A DNA stretch of 27,152 nucleotides from Catajapyx aquilonaris. Lineage: Eukaryota. Where the stretch lies: NCBI GenBank assembly GCA_000934665.2, contig KZ538272.1, positions 62,001 through 89,152 on the forward strand. Direction: 5' to 3'. A program made the position numbers and the translations under genes. The notes below the pieces were generated by a model. The model did not search any database. It saw only the letters and a program-made list of their open reading frames with translations, and had not been told where the DNA came from. Of the stretch, positions 1 to 13,600 are shown piece by piece (positions within the stretch are counted from its first letter, which is position 1; every line of letters begins with the position of its first letter).

Positions 1-1433
1 CGCTGATGGCTAAACAAGAAAACTTCTGTTTGTTATCCCAGAGTGATCACCAGGGAGGTGGCTAAAAACACACGTAATCTCTAACACTGAGAGAACTAAA
101 AAACTTTCTTTCTCCCTCAAAATTGCTCTCCCCTGATCTGTCCTCTCTTTCAAGGAATGGGGACTTTCTCTCCCCGTAACCCAAGGATCCCATTTGGAAA
201 CGCACCAAATTGTTCCTGAATCCGCTTAGGAACGGGGTGAAAGAGAATAGTAAGAGGTTCCTCCAGGCGCACACACCCCACCTCCCCCCAAAAAAGAGAG
301 AGAAAAGGACCACAGTAAAAGGAGAGAAGAAATCGGTGGCTCTTCCACAAAGGAAGTTTCTGTGCTTGCCTTCATCAAGCTGTGGCAGCAGCAGACTCGG
401 TTCTAAACTCAAAACTTGGATGGTAAGGGGCGGACTTTGCCTTTTCGAGAGTGGGCCATACAATTGCCCTTTCTCTCCTTCCAACCGGATTCAAACGAGC
501 TCAGTCCCCGAGAACGAGGTCTCCGATTGGCTGCCTCTTATCTCCCCACTGATGACCGCGGTTTTCTTTCGACTTCCTTCTATACTCTCAGGAGAGGTGC
601 AATTTGAGGGAGGGCAAGTTTCTCTGGCTGGGGTTCAACTCATTTATTCACTTTCGTCTCTCTCTCTCTCTCGCTTCAGCTCTTTTGTTGCTCGGCAGGA
701 AAATGCACAATAGGACTTTAATCAGCACTCTTGGTGGAAAACAGTGAAGTGAAATTGATGGCACCAAATGAGCTGCCATGAATTTTCGGAGGGAGGGAGG
801 GGGGTGTTGGGCAAAAGTGTGTGCTGGCAGTGTAACCATACATGACATCAAGAGTGCTCTTTCATCTCCCAAAATATGGGGAGGGGGGAAAAAAGAGAGA
901 GAGAGTGATACACAGCATGTCAGGGCCATTAATCACGCCTTGTTTTTCAACTGAGCATTCTTTGTAAATATGGCGCCAGGGCGATATACAATTATTTTTT
1001 TGGCAGCCAACCGGAGTCGGAATTGCTTTTGCGCCGGTTTTTCACATTCTGAAACATACCCCCCTGAACTGCCCGTTGCTATCGCGATTCGCGGCTAACA
1101 ATAGCCTTTTGAAAATCCCGCCATATAACCACCAGATAATCCGAGCATATAATGCGGCTCGTATTGAAATGGTTTTTTAAAAACCCCGTGTATTGTAGTA
1201 TTCATTTTTTGACACGAAAACCAATGGGATAAAGATCAGCAGCAACAATGTCCCTCATTTTACGCATTATTGGATTTAACGTTTTCTTCTGGATTCTAAA
1301 AAAAGTGTTGGAATTACAAACAATATCCCCGTCGGTAATTGTTTCGAGCTTATCCAGTGTGTTCCAGCTGTTTTTATGTTACTTGTAAGCCAACAGTTAC
1401 TTATGGAAGCATGTATTCTTCTATTGTTTCCAG

Positions 1434-1602
1434 TCGTGGACCAGTACTACGAGGTTCAGCTGTACCGCCAGGATGTGACTCCTGGAAACACTGCAGTTAT
1501 GAAGTGTCACGTGCCTCCGTTTGTTCAAGACTACGTGGTCGTCACAGATTGGTTCAGATCCGATCCTCTTCGAGGCCACCAGAGACTCGAATCTGGCAAA
1601 GG
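1434..1602 (+). CDS. Dscam: Dscam exon, N-terminal half of Ig2 (position of Dscam1 exon 4)
   Basis: tttccag|TC GTG GAC CAG TAC; VVDQYYEVQLYRQDVTPGNTAVMKCHVPPFVQDYVVVTDW; donor GG|gtaagc (phase 2). Confidence 0.93.
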
Positions 1603-4600
1603 GTAAGCGCACATTTTTTTTGAAAAAAAAAAAAAATACTCAAACGCAGGTTGTGCTCCCGAATAGTGGTTTTTCCGGTGCATCACACATGACATAATCG
1701 GCTTAGTATCTGACAACTGGATAGAGCAAAAGCATACTTAATTATGGACGTCGTCTCAGGGCAGATAAAACGGGTATGAGCGTCACAAAGGTTGAAAGGC
1801 TGGAGCTCTTTCCTCTTTCCGGAAGTGCAAAATAATGTAGTCGTGCCCATTTATGCCCCAGTTCACAAAACAATCAACCAGGTGGTGCTTTATTTTCATC
1901 GGGGGGGTCTAAGTTCTCAAATGTGAGCCCATGCAGTCGCTAATTAATGAAAACACGTCCCGTCACGGTTGGAAGCCAAACGCCTCACTATATGAAATAA
2001 CGGCCGTTGAGCAGACTGGGAATAGCACCGGATTTCGAGAATACGCATGATTTCTCACGACTGGTAACCTACTTCCTGAATCCGGTTAAAACTCAGGTTT
2101 AATACTGTGGTAGATTCGGTCAGTCTTGTTTAAATCCTTGTAAATCGCTGCTTATTAGGTTTATTAGGAAGCAACTGTGGCTTATCTATAGTTATAGAAG
2201 ACAAAGGTGGGACAGATGGAGACAGAAACGAAGAGGAAAAAGAAGTCTGTCTCCTATCCCTGGTGGCCTTGCCAATATACGAAGCTACGGCCAGCACAGC
2301 TCTTGGGGTCACGGGAGAAACGCAATTCCCACCACCAAGTAAAGAGACACGATCTGGGGGTGTAAATCGTTGTGTGTGTCGCAATCATTACCTTACTACT
2401 TTCCATTTTAACACCTCGTTAAATTATACAAATCCGGCTTAATATTTCCTCATATATCTTGAATTACCTGTGCAGAGGACCAACAAATTCAAACACACTG
2501 TCACAGTAGAGGACTGCTCCAATTATCGGATCGAAACCTCTCTTTGCCTAATATTGTTGGCAAATGAAGATTCGCATCATTCGTATGTAGAGTGCAATCT
2601 GAATCCGTCGAGTGGGTCGGGAGGATGAGCTCGAAAATCCCAGGGAAACCCCCCGCAATGCAGCCCTTCCGCATAAACGTCTACCTTATCAAGCACTAAT
2701 TAAGCGTGGGAGGGGGGGGAGAGAGGGAGGGCTGCCTGCCCCGTTCCTCGCATCTTAAAGAGCATTCTCTCTTCGCAAGATGCAACGGCGTTCGAGCAGG
2801 TGATTTCGAGGGAAATCCGGCTGAATCAACATCGTCCTGCGGTCCTTTCCCGAGCCCTTATTTATTTCCACTAACGGCCCGCAAGCCAGGGAAAGCGAGT
2901 CTTTCCCCGGCCTCTACCCCGTCTCCTGTAATTAAAATGCACTGATTTGCCTCCATGCTCTCTCTCCCAGATCATTAAGTCAGGATTTATTGCGCACCGC
3001 CTAAATCCCATCCCACGCAATCCTGGTTGCAAATGTCCAACTTAGCCCCGGATTTATATGGGCTGGGGACTGGTCTATATTGGGGTCGTTATGGGCATCT
3101 CTGCACCTATACACTGAAGCATCAGGCTGCGACAGTCAATTGGGGTGAGATTGTGCCAGGTGGGGTGAGATTGTGTCAGCATTTTTTGGACACCATCAGT
3201 GCGCCCTATTGACAGCAAGCGAATTTAAGCATGTTTTGATGAATACAGGGTGTTTCAACTTTTTTGTCCGAACAGTTATCGGAAAATTGCACGTAGCTGC
3301 TACTTGGTAAGCAGTGATTTGCAACCGGTGATTTGTCGGAGAAATGGGGAATGGGGAAAAAGAGGGTCACACATCCCATGGCATGTGTGACCCTCTTTTT
3401 TCCAGGCTTGACCCTCAATTTTCAGCGAGCAGCACTTATGCCACACTTCAACCTACGATTCGCAGGGAATATTCCCCGTTCCTCCAAAAAATCACCGTTG
3501 GCCAGTCACTGTTTACAAATTAGCAGCTACGTGCAATTTTCCGATAACTGTTCGCACAAAAAAGTTGAAACACCCTGTATAGATGGACAAGGTTGGCGGT
3601 GGGGCGCACTGTTGTCCAAGAAATGCGCTGGCACAATCTCACCCCGTTTGACGGTACGCATCAGGTCATGTTTGTATAGATTTGTCCGATCATACGAGAA
3701 ACAATTAGTAGGCTGTACAGTTTAATCCGGTGTCTGATAAGATATCCGTCAAGTCAGATCGATCTACACGTCAGTAGGCGTGTTAGCAGCTTATAGAAAG
3801 TCGAGGGTATAATCCGAGGCTATGAATAATGAAACGGTTGACATGATCCCGTCAACAGGCAGTCATTTCATCCCGTGTCTTCTGCCTTTCGCAACAGGCA
3901 TTTCAATAGGACGTCGTCGGTTGAGGTTTCCGCATATTACATTCCGGCCATAAATAATTCTGGGCCCATCCGCTCTGGGCCCACTTGTATGCTGCGGATG
4001 GCGGAACAAGGAAAATAATATATGAGGCAAGTGTTGAAGCTGCGATCCGAAGGCGTTGTATAGAAAAGCATACAAACGCCCCGAGTCCTAGTCAGGCTGG
4101 AAAGAGCCAGAGGCTGGCAGTGGAGGGGGAGGGGAGGGGGAGGCATCAAAATTTCATATCCTGGCCAAACTTTCATCTCGCCTCGGTGACAGAATGAAAA
4201 CCGATGGATGCCCCAAGTTGTCGGATCCTCGCACTAAAGCCTCGCCTTTCGTGCTTGGAACTAATTCCTTAAAAGGTTGGCGGATGGCATTAGTCTTATG
4301 CCGGCCAAATTGGGTTTCCCATCGTTCATTTTTTGGAAAGGGGAATTTTTTATGGTTAGGGCAAAAAAGTACTGAACTGAACGTGCCCGGTTGTCGGTTC
4401 AAAGTTGTCATGTCTGAACAGTGTGTGATTGGTTAAAAGCGGACCAGGATTGGCTGAAAGACTCGGCTGGGTCATCCCCATTGGCTACAAAATTCACCAC
4501 AAATTATGATATTAGTTATGCCCAATTCAATTTTTTGTTCATTATTATGGAGACAATATCGCAAAAGTCAACATTCTATGCAATATCTTAATAAAATAAT

Positions 4601-7600
4601 AATTTCATCATTAATTAATGTTCAAAATGTGCTCACTGGCAAAGTGTGAGTTTAGCCAAACTGTACCTCCCTTTTTAGCACTCTTTTTTGCGTGGACTAA
4701 CAGCATAGAGAACCCATCAGTGTTTGTGACGACGTCCATGTAATTAACAGGTCCTCGCGCAGTAATATTCTAATCATATAATGACTTCAGAGGCAGGATA
4801 TGCACGTTTTGACGCCCAGAGCTCCCACTACACACATTGTCGATGTCGCATGTCGCTGACGGCATCGGGAACTGGCTCGCACATTGTCAGCAAAACGTGC
4901 TCGCAGCCTCACAATATGTTGTTTGCAAAATGTCAAGTCAGTCACGAGTAACTAACGTGTGACGACCGCTGCAAATTGGGTTTTTGTATTATTTTTTTCA
5001 AGCTCTCTGCTTTTTTTATATATAAAAAAATGCTTATTGTGCACCATTAATTTGGGTTTGCACGGGCTGTTGTGGTGGCTGAGTCTTTCTCCTAATAGGC
5101 TTGTTCTTTCTGTCGGATGTTTGTTCGACATTATACGAGGGGTATTAATACGAGGGGTAAAATCGTAGTATCGCTGCCTCTCGCACGGTGGCGGGAGTGG
5201 GCAGAGGGAGTATGCGACATCTATGCGTGGAGATGAGTACTACCTGGTAAATCCTGGTAATACCTGGTAAAAGTTAGTTTGATTATCACAAGTTTTGCCC
5301 AACAGGTTCACTAGTAGGCCTACTTTTTAATGGTCACTTTTTATCCTACTGTCAGGTACATGAACTTTCAGATTTGCGTTTCGTTGACTTCGCTTCCATT
5401 TTGGCGACATTCCTTTTTACAGTACAGTGTTAGCCCCACGGTACATTCGGCATGTCCAGCAGCATCAGGGCGTCCCGTAGAATCGCCCCGAATGACACAA
5501 TGCGGAAAGGACATAAAAGAGCTCCGGAGCACCGCCGAGTCCCGACCATAAAGTCCTGGGAATGTCAAACCGACTGCTACTTCGGACAGACTTTACAGCA
5601 CTCGCGGACTCTGTTTAATGCCGCGAAACTAATACGCGGTGTCAAAATCTTTGATGCTGCAGGGGAGGGTTGTCCCTGGAATCTCTCTCTCTCTCTGTGA
5701 TGCCGCATCCCAGTACCGCCTCCTCTTTCCCACTGCGTAATTAATGACCCTCCGCTCCTAGGCCATAAGGCATTCAGCCGCCATTAAATGCGAGAGTAGT
5801 TATACCTCGCTAATTATTGGGTAACAACACTCCATTGGTGCGGACGTTAAGAGCTGTCACTAAACACGGCGTGGAAATGGCAGCAAAAAGGTGAGTGGAG
5901 AGGGCTTCCCAAAACCGACGACAATGGCTCTCAGCTGCAACAAAAGGGGGGGTATGTGGGTTGTGAAAATTTTCGAGTTGATAAAGTATTGCCTCTTTGT
6001 GCCCTGAATCATAATGGATTTTTGGCCATATATGTAACCGAACAATGAGCGGAATCGATACGGAGCTGTGTCAACAAGAGAAAATACGAGAAGACGAATT
6101 TTTATTACTTCCAACTCCCATTTTTTTTGTTGGAGAAGAAAAAGTATGCGGGAAAAAAATTCTTGAGCTACTGTTCGCATGGGATATTTTCTCCGGAGGG
6201 GGTCTGAGCAATTGATTTTCTTCCTAAGCACACCTTAAAATATGCCAATGGGCCTTTTAAAAGTCTAGTTCCGTCCCAGTAACGGAGTCCTATTTCAAAT
6301 TCGAAGCCAGATGATGGTCATCAGCATAATGTCAATGTCCACAGCCGAAAATGGATGGAATTCTTCCCGTTCCTTCAGAGAGAGAGAGAAAAAGAATGAG
6401 AAGATGAAAAAAAAACCCTTTAAAGCCTCGCATTAGCATATCACAGTTCTCCGGTTGCTGGGGTGAACAACTGTAACCCATTGAACCGGTAACTTGATCA
6501 TTGGACTACCATGATGTGTAGCAGAGTGCTTCAATATGATTGCGTGTGTGTTTTTCATAGCCATTCAAATTGTATGCAAGATCATTGCTGTTGGTGATAC
6601 CATGCAATTACCCGGTGCTAGAAGCGCGTTAAAATAATCAATTTCATAATCAGTAATCTGCCAGCATTAGGTAAAAGCGCGACAGAACTATCTGCATAAA
6701 CATCACCACTATTATCGACGTTGTGTCGATAAATATGGGGCACTGCGGATTTTTAAACATCCGAAAAAATGAGGGGGGGCGAAAGCCTGGCATGAATAAT
6801 AATACTCGCTGCATGTTTTGGCAGAGCCGATAATTTGTGACGCCAACCGTCAGTGTATCTAGCTCTTCTCTCTTTTTTGACGGCAGGTATTACATCTTGA
6901 CCACTGGGGAACTGGTCATCCACAACGTGCAGCATAACGAGGAATTCATGTGCCAGACCCAACACAGGCTCACAAAAGAGACCAAGAGAAGTATGGCTGG
7001 AAAGGTCATAGTCAGAGGTGAGTCCAATAATGTCAAAATCACTTCTTTCTGCTTTAAAAAAAATGGTGGATTTATATTGACATCTGTTTGTAATACTTTG
7101 GACATGATTCGGGTATAATTCAGATTGTGTGTCATGCGCTTTTGGATGTTATTCAGTTTGGATTTTATTTCATTTGGATGCGGCTCAATTTTGGAATGTC
7201 ATTAATGTCTTTTTGGTGTAGCTCAGTTTAGGGTTGTATACGCCAAAATCTGGTTGAATGTCATTCCTTTTGGATGTCATTCAGCCCCACTCGGTAATGG
7301 TATAAACTGTTGGGGCTGCTGTTAGGACGTGATTGATTGATTGATCTATTTATGGCGCTAAAGCAACACACTTTCTGCTGGGCCAGAAACGAATTTTAGG
7401 GAGCTGTATAGAAAAAAATTAGTTACAGAGTTTATTTAGCTGGAGTTGCAGCTGCAGTACAGTACACTTTTGCTGAAAACAAAACACCGGGCATGGCATG
7501 TGTGATAACTCATTAAATCAATTGCCAGGCTAAATTAATGCTGAATGCACGCTCCACAAAACAGATACACAGGCTATGTTTATCTGGGCAACCGACTACA

Positions 7601-10600
7601 CGCCAGACAACAAAGCACTCCAGACCTTGTAACTTGACAAAACAATGGCATAATTTAGCGCACTTTCACGGCATGATACTTCATTACACACAACCTGAGG
7701 CTGTTCATTTCCTAACTATGCCCGAAAATAATAACACCAAAAAAAAGGAGTATAAGGAATGCAGCATATATCTTAAGAGGGGAAAAAGCCACATCCTCTG
7801 CCCACTTCACTAATACCAGGGGCGAGTCAAAAGGTCCTCTCGGAAGGCACTCGAGAGATAACCCTTTGTATTCCAATCAGGCGAAAACTCTTGTCGGACG
7901 CCAGACTCGTGCTTGAGTGGCCCACAGATCAAATAAAAGACTTGGCGCTGGCAAACTGATGCTGTGCCCACCGACTTCCGATCCAATACGTTCTTCTCCC
8001 AGGCCCTGCAGGGGATGGTCTGGTCCTCCACATTCGATGGTTAGGGAGGGAAAGGGAAGATCCTTGGGAATGAGGTGGGAAGAAAGTGGGAGGAGAAAAG
8101 AAGGAAAAATGAGGGGATAAGTCCTAGACACATTCCGGGAGAAGGAATTTACTGGCTGTTTCCCTTAAAATCGATGGGAGTTTGCAGCAGAACATTCGAA
8201 GGGTATGCAACGTAGCAATGGCTTATGTTTTACAGGAGGCAAGGGATAACCCTGTGAAAATTTGGCATGTAAAAGTAACGATATTTTTCTAATACGAGCG
8301 AAGAGCGAAAATTAATGTGCAAATTTTTTCAACCAGATAATGGATCACAATGATTGCACTCTCTGTTGTGAAGGCGGACCGGCAGAGAAATATTCATTGT
8401 TGTCAGCAATAAACAACGACGGATTTTCTCCTGTTGTTGTCACTATTCGGACCGGAAAAAGTATTCTGACAGCGAGGCAACCGACCTTTAGAAAATTAGA
8501 GGGCAGCTAAAATGCGGATGCAATTTACATACGCATGTGGTTTACATCACAGACTGTTAGTTATGTCGCTGTAACAATGTTGCAAAAATATTTTTTTTAA
8601 TTCCCTATTTTTTCACTTTCTAACAGTAATACTGGAGAAGCGGTTTCAATACTTGTCTGCACATTGCCGTATTTAATATTTTTAAAAAGTTGCGTGTCCA
8701 CTTCCCAGTAAATGTCACTTTTCGGTCGCAAACTGTCTGAACCATGCTCCGGTTTCATGAAAAGTGATGCAAGCAAAACCTCTTGTTTTGAAAGGTTTGT
8801 TAATTAACTCCGGAATTTTTTTTACATTTAAAAAAATTTGTCGCGCAGTTCATGTTCATTTTTGCCCAACTTTTTCTCCTGGTTGTTTGCCGAGTCCGCA
8901 CACTAAAAAGGTCAATGACGCAATTTGAACAAGCCGTTTATTTTCACACTCGAAGCCCCAGACTGCATTTCATGCCGGATCCTTATCTGTCCATGACCAG
9001 GCAACCTGTTCACAAAGGGCAGGATTATGCACCAGCAGATTTATCCTGGGATTTTCAGCTCGCATATTTTTTTCCCCCATCCTCTCTAACCCACCCACCC
9101 CCCTCACCACGTTGATTAATCAGTAATAACGTAATGGTTCAATGGGATTCGGGTCACTCGGTATTGACATTGCTGAACCCTCCGGATTTGGAAAATATTA
9201 TGTCCATGTTTAGCGGGGTTTTTTTGGGTTAATATTTCAGTCCCTCTGGTCCCCGCAAGAAAGCTTCTGTTTGCTGACCTGGAAAAAAAAGTAATACAAA
9301 CTAAACAGCATGTGGTCGACACGCCCCACCGTGTCACTTAGGGTAATGTACCGAGAAGGAAAATAACGCCGTAATCACACTTGTAACGCCCTCATTTCAT
9401 CGCGACATATCCGCGAGAGTATAATAAAAGCTGACTCCCATCAGAGCTTTAAGTTCTTCCTCTTTTTTTCTGTATTTTTTTTTGCGCCTGCATTCATCTC
9501 ATCTCAGCTTCAATGTGCTGTAAAGAGAGCAAATCTACTCTTTGTACTGGCAAATGGTTGACCCAAACTGGAGTAAATGACATCGTTGCAACAAAAGTAG
9601 TCTTGTAGAATAATTTGCACGTTTCAAGACGAGCTGCTCAGTTTCAAAATTTGCTTGCACTTGCCCTAATATCTGTTTTTTTTTATTCATGAGGTCCAGT
9701 TAGAATCCTAATGAGATAAAGTATACTCGAATCACGCTCGCGTGCCAATTTTGCTTTCAAAGAGAGGTGAAGTTTAATCAACAATGTGCAGACCAATTTG
9801 AAAGTGGCATGCAACTTTTTTATGATGATATCCTATTTTTAATGCAATTTTTTTTTTTTGCAGAAGCACACGGCAACGACCCGCCCCAACTGCACGCCCT
9901 GGCCGGAAAGGATGTGTACGAAGTTTCTCAAGGCGATTCTGTGGAGCTTCTCTGCATTGCATTGGGCCAACCGCCGCCGTCCTACAGGTAAAACCACGCT
10001 CTGTGCACACGAACAAAACCCCCTTCTCCAGACACACCAGTGGGTGTGTATGTACCTGTCCCAAAGGGGGGTGAACCGCAGTCCCGTTGCATTGTCACCC
10101 TCAGAATCCCGAGGAAAATTCCCCCACATCGCCAGGGGAATGTCGAACACGCGCTCTCTGAAGGGTAGGCAACACGTGCGGGGTTTTTTTTTTTTTTTTG
10201 GGGGGGGGGGGGGGGGNNNNNNNNNNNNNNNNNNNNNNNNNNNNNNNNNNNNNNNNNNNNNNNNNNNNNNNNNNNNNNNNNNNNNNNNNNNNNNNNNNGG
10301 GGGGGAAAACACACGTGGACTGCTGGAGTTATTTCAAGTATTATGCCTGCTTCGAACTGGTTTTGTGCACGCAACAAACCGGGGAGGGGTTGGGTTTGTT
10401 CAAAATAAAATAGGAACCATGCTGGACCGGGGCCTACAGGGCAAACATTTGCTTAATGCAGATGTGGAGGGGCAAGCTTTTGTAAACACGCAAACACAGA
10501 ATTGTTTAAATAATAATATGTGTATGGCGAAACTTATTGTCGATTCTGGTTAAGTAAAGAAACAGTCTCGGGTGCTGCAGGGGTGAATCATCATGCACCC

Positions 10601-13600
10601 CGAAGCAATATGCAGATATTATGCGAGACTAAACACGTGAATAATACAGTAAGTAAGGCATGCAATTTGCTAAGTACATGTACGCCATCGGTGTTGGGTG
10701 CAGCGTTATCAATTTTTGATCACGTTGTTTCTGCACATTCGTACAGTTGTGCCTTATGGTTGATATGATTATGTTAGCAAAGTACAGAGAGGTGACTTGT
10801 ACGAATGTCGATTACAGTAAGTACTGTCCGATCCTCTTAAACACGATTTCAGATCACCATTAGAGACATGAACTCTCTCTGCTGTATACTGTACATGTCA
10901 GCAAAAACATCCAAACGCAGGGACCGGTATTTTCCCTTTACCTCTTTCTTTCTATTAACTTCTGGATAACTTCATTTCCGAAACTCCGTCGGATGCTATC
11001 TTAGTAATTGATTTTGCCCTCATGAAATGGCTATCAAAGAGTCGATCTTATTCGCGGATGCCCTAAGAAGTAAGCGAAGACTCGCAATTTCCAAAGCGGA
11101 TCGAAAAAAAAAAGTTGCGATAAAGTTTTGAGTCGCATCCAGTTACTTTTTCTACTAAAAATTACCTATACGGTGCATGTTTTCTCATGGCGTCGTTTCG
11201 TTGTGTATGATCCTTGAGAGGTCAAATTGGGCCGTCAGACACGATGTTCCACTACATTCCACTTGCCACGAAGATTGTGATTATTAAAGGGTCAGGGTAA
11301 GGAAGTGAACAAAAATATTCTGGCCACGTTTTTCCTCGTCGCATTTTCTATGTGACCGCCCTTCTCTCGGGGTACGAGTGATTGGGTCGGTCTAGCGGAA
11401 GAAACAGAAGATGACATCGTTAAGATACAGCGTTGGTTGGTTCGTTGGTGGGAGGGGGAAAAAAAGGGGGGCCAAGATGTTCGGATCGATACCAGAGGGA
11501 CCAATAATTGGTATTCTTTGCGATTATCTGGCGGTTGGAAGAGGGTTGGAAAAAGCAGGTCGATTCGGATTCCTTGCCCGTATTTATTTGGGGAGGGATA
11601 GCAGTGTGGCACATCTTTTGCTGTGAGTTGTGGAGGTCAAAATATTGCTGTGTCCTAGACACATAACTATTTTTAGCAGCAGCCTAGAATCCGGTAAAAC
11701 CCAATCTTCGTCCCCCGGATTTCCTCTCGTCGCAAATATTTGCCACCTTCGCAAAAACTGTCAGCTAACGAAATTTTCCAAACCCAGTTTTTGTACCCCG
11801 GAACCGGATTTCCAGCCGCATCCTTTCAAAGAGAGATTACCTAAAAAAAAATAGGGGTTGGTTTTATTCAGAGACCCTCCAAATCGATTTGGGTTGCTCT
11901 TTGCGCCCTGCTGTTTCTTAGACGAATTAACTTGATTATGGCTAGGGTGGAGGTGTATGTGTTGGAATGTTAATGAGGCTAGGGGAGAACCTTGTATCGA
12001 TTGTTGGAGTTGGCAGGGACATGTCGCATCGGTCATGTTGGGTGTCGGAAATGTGCCTTCTCCGGATGGTCCGGAGGGCCCCGTGGGATAGCCATTGAAC
12101 CGATGGCAGCGGGTTGGGGATGGGTGGTATTTCAACCAGGAGTCGCCAGGATGTTCCGGGAGCCCGGAGATAAACGGATGTCGCCGACGTGTGACGGCTG
12201 ACACCGCTCCGGAATATCCGGATAGCTCTTTCACTATAACCAAAGGTCAAACCTGGCTGGTTCTCCCAACAGTTTAACTGGCCGTTAAGCTAACCATCAG
12301 TTATGTCTTCTCCATCAGGTGGTTCAAGCATGGTCGAGGTCGCATGAAGGAGCTGACCTCCAGTCAGACGATGGAGGTTCGAGAGGGCATCCTGGTGTTT
12401 CCAAAGGTGTATCTTCAGGACAACGGGACGTACCGGTGCGAGATAACCAACTCGGTGGGCAGCTACGTGGTGGAGCGAGAACTGGTGGTCAGCGCACCTT
12501 TGACCGTACATGTCCAGCCGCAGCAGCAAGCGGTCAACGTGGGTCGGTCAGCCTTCTTCAACTGCTCTATCGGTGCAGCCAACAAAGGAGATGTCCGGTG
12601 GCTCAAGAACGGATCTCCCTTGGTTCAAACCCAGCGGGTACATCTGCTCAACCCGGAAGTACTGTACATACAAAGAGTACAGAGAGAGGACAGAGGAATG
12701 TACCAATGTTTGGTCGACGCCAACAGGGATTCGGCTCAAGGGAGCGCCGAGTTAGGCCTTGGACGTAAGTACTTTGAAATTATTTGGACCGGTTTGCTTC
12801 TCTAGGGAATGAGTAAAAACAGCACTTAACCATCTGATCGCTGTTCAACTCCCAAAGAGTGCCCCGTCGGTCATTACCAACTTAAATGGCGAGACTTTTG
12901 CCCCAATATTGCCACCGTCATCTGTCTTCTCCCCCTGGAGCGAACACCATGACAGCCACCCAAAAAAGTTACCCCTCTCTCAAAAAAAAAATGAAGGAAA
13001 AAGAACCTCTCCTGAATGCTTTATTACCTCAGAGGCAGAGTATTCTCAACTTTGCGACTTACACAAAAAAAATTTGTGGGACAGACCGACCTGAAGGAGT
13101 CCAATGTCATTGTCTGTCCGGACAACTAGAAAGCGGTGGGTGGGTGGGTGGGGTTATGGGTAATGCAATTTGGCGCAAGTGTCTTTCAAGCTTAAGTGGA
13201 CGGATATTTTGCAACAGTGCAGGGCGTTAATGCCGCCTTAATAAAGGCACTTCAGCCCTGCATAATTCAATATTCTTGGCGCATTACGAGGGGGAGGAAT
13301 TACAGCTGAAAGGGGAACCTTACCATTTAGACATTGTTCCTACTGTGAGGCAGGCAGGCAGTTGATAAATGACATTGAAACAAACAAGTCTGAATGGAAT
13401 GTTTCTTATTGAGCGAATTTTGCTTTCATTGATCTCTTGCACATTAACTTGGTAGAGTGTAACATGTCTCTTGTTGTTGACTCTTGTCAGATGTGTCTCC
13501 GGAGTTCCTGTACACTTTCATCCAGCAAACCCTGCAGCCAGGCCCGTCCGTGTCACTCAAGTGCTCGGCATCCGGTAACCCGACTCCGGAGATCACGTGG

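Noticed and set aside
62..929. ORFs of 93-167 aa at the window start as possible Dscam Ig1 or another gene
   Set aside because: No Ig motifs or recognisable domain; low-complexity GA-rich intronic sequence.
3119..3665. 8-bp direct repeat GCATCAGG on both sides of the outer MITE as a hAT-type TSD
   Set aside because: The copies lie 6 and 3 nt away from the TIR ends rather than abutting them; a TA at the right end fits better.
3206..3725. Mirror-image ORFs on both strands (SSYVQFSDNCS.KKVETPCI)
   Set aside because: Artefact of translating the MITE terminal inverted repeats.
4820..5240. 10-bp inverted pair GATGTCGCAT / ATGCGACATC, and mariner-like TACGAGGGG duplicated near 5134-5157
   Set aside because: Similarity decays immediately and I found no matching opposite TIR or TSD; possibly an old transposon relic but not supportable.
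9858..10553. 231-aa ORF spanning the N run
   Set aside because: It is out of frame with the real exon and artificially extended through homopolymers and the gap.
11992..12201. ORF with CAFSGW as a decayed alternative Ig3-N exon
   Set aside because: It lacks the C-x-A-x-G-x-P-x-P pattern and phase-compatible splice sites.
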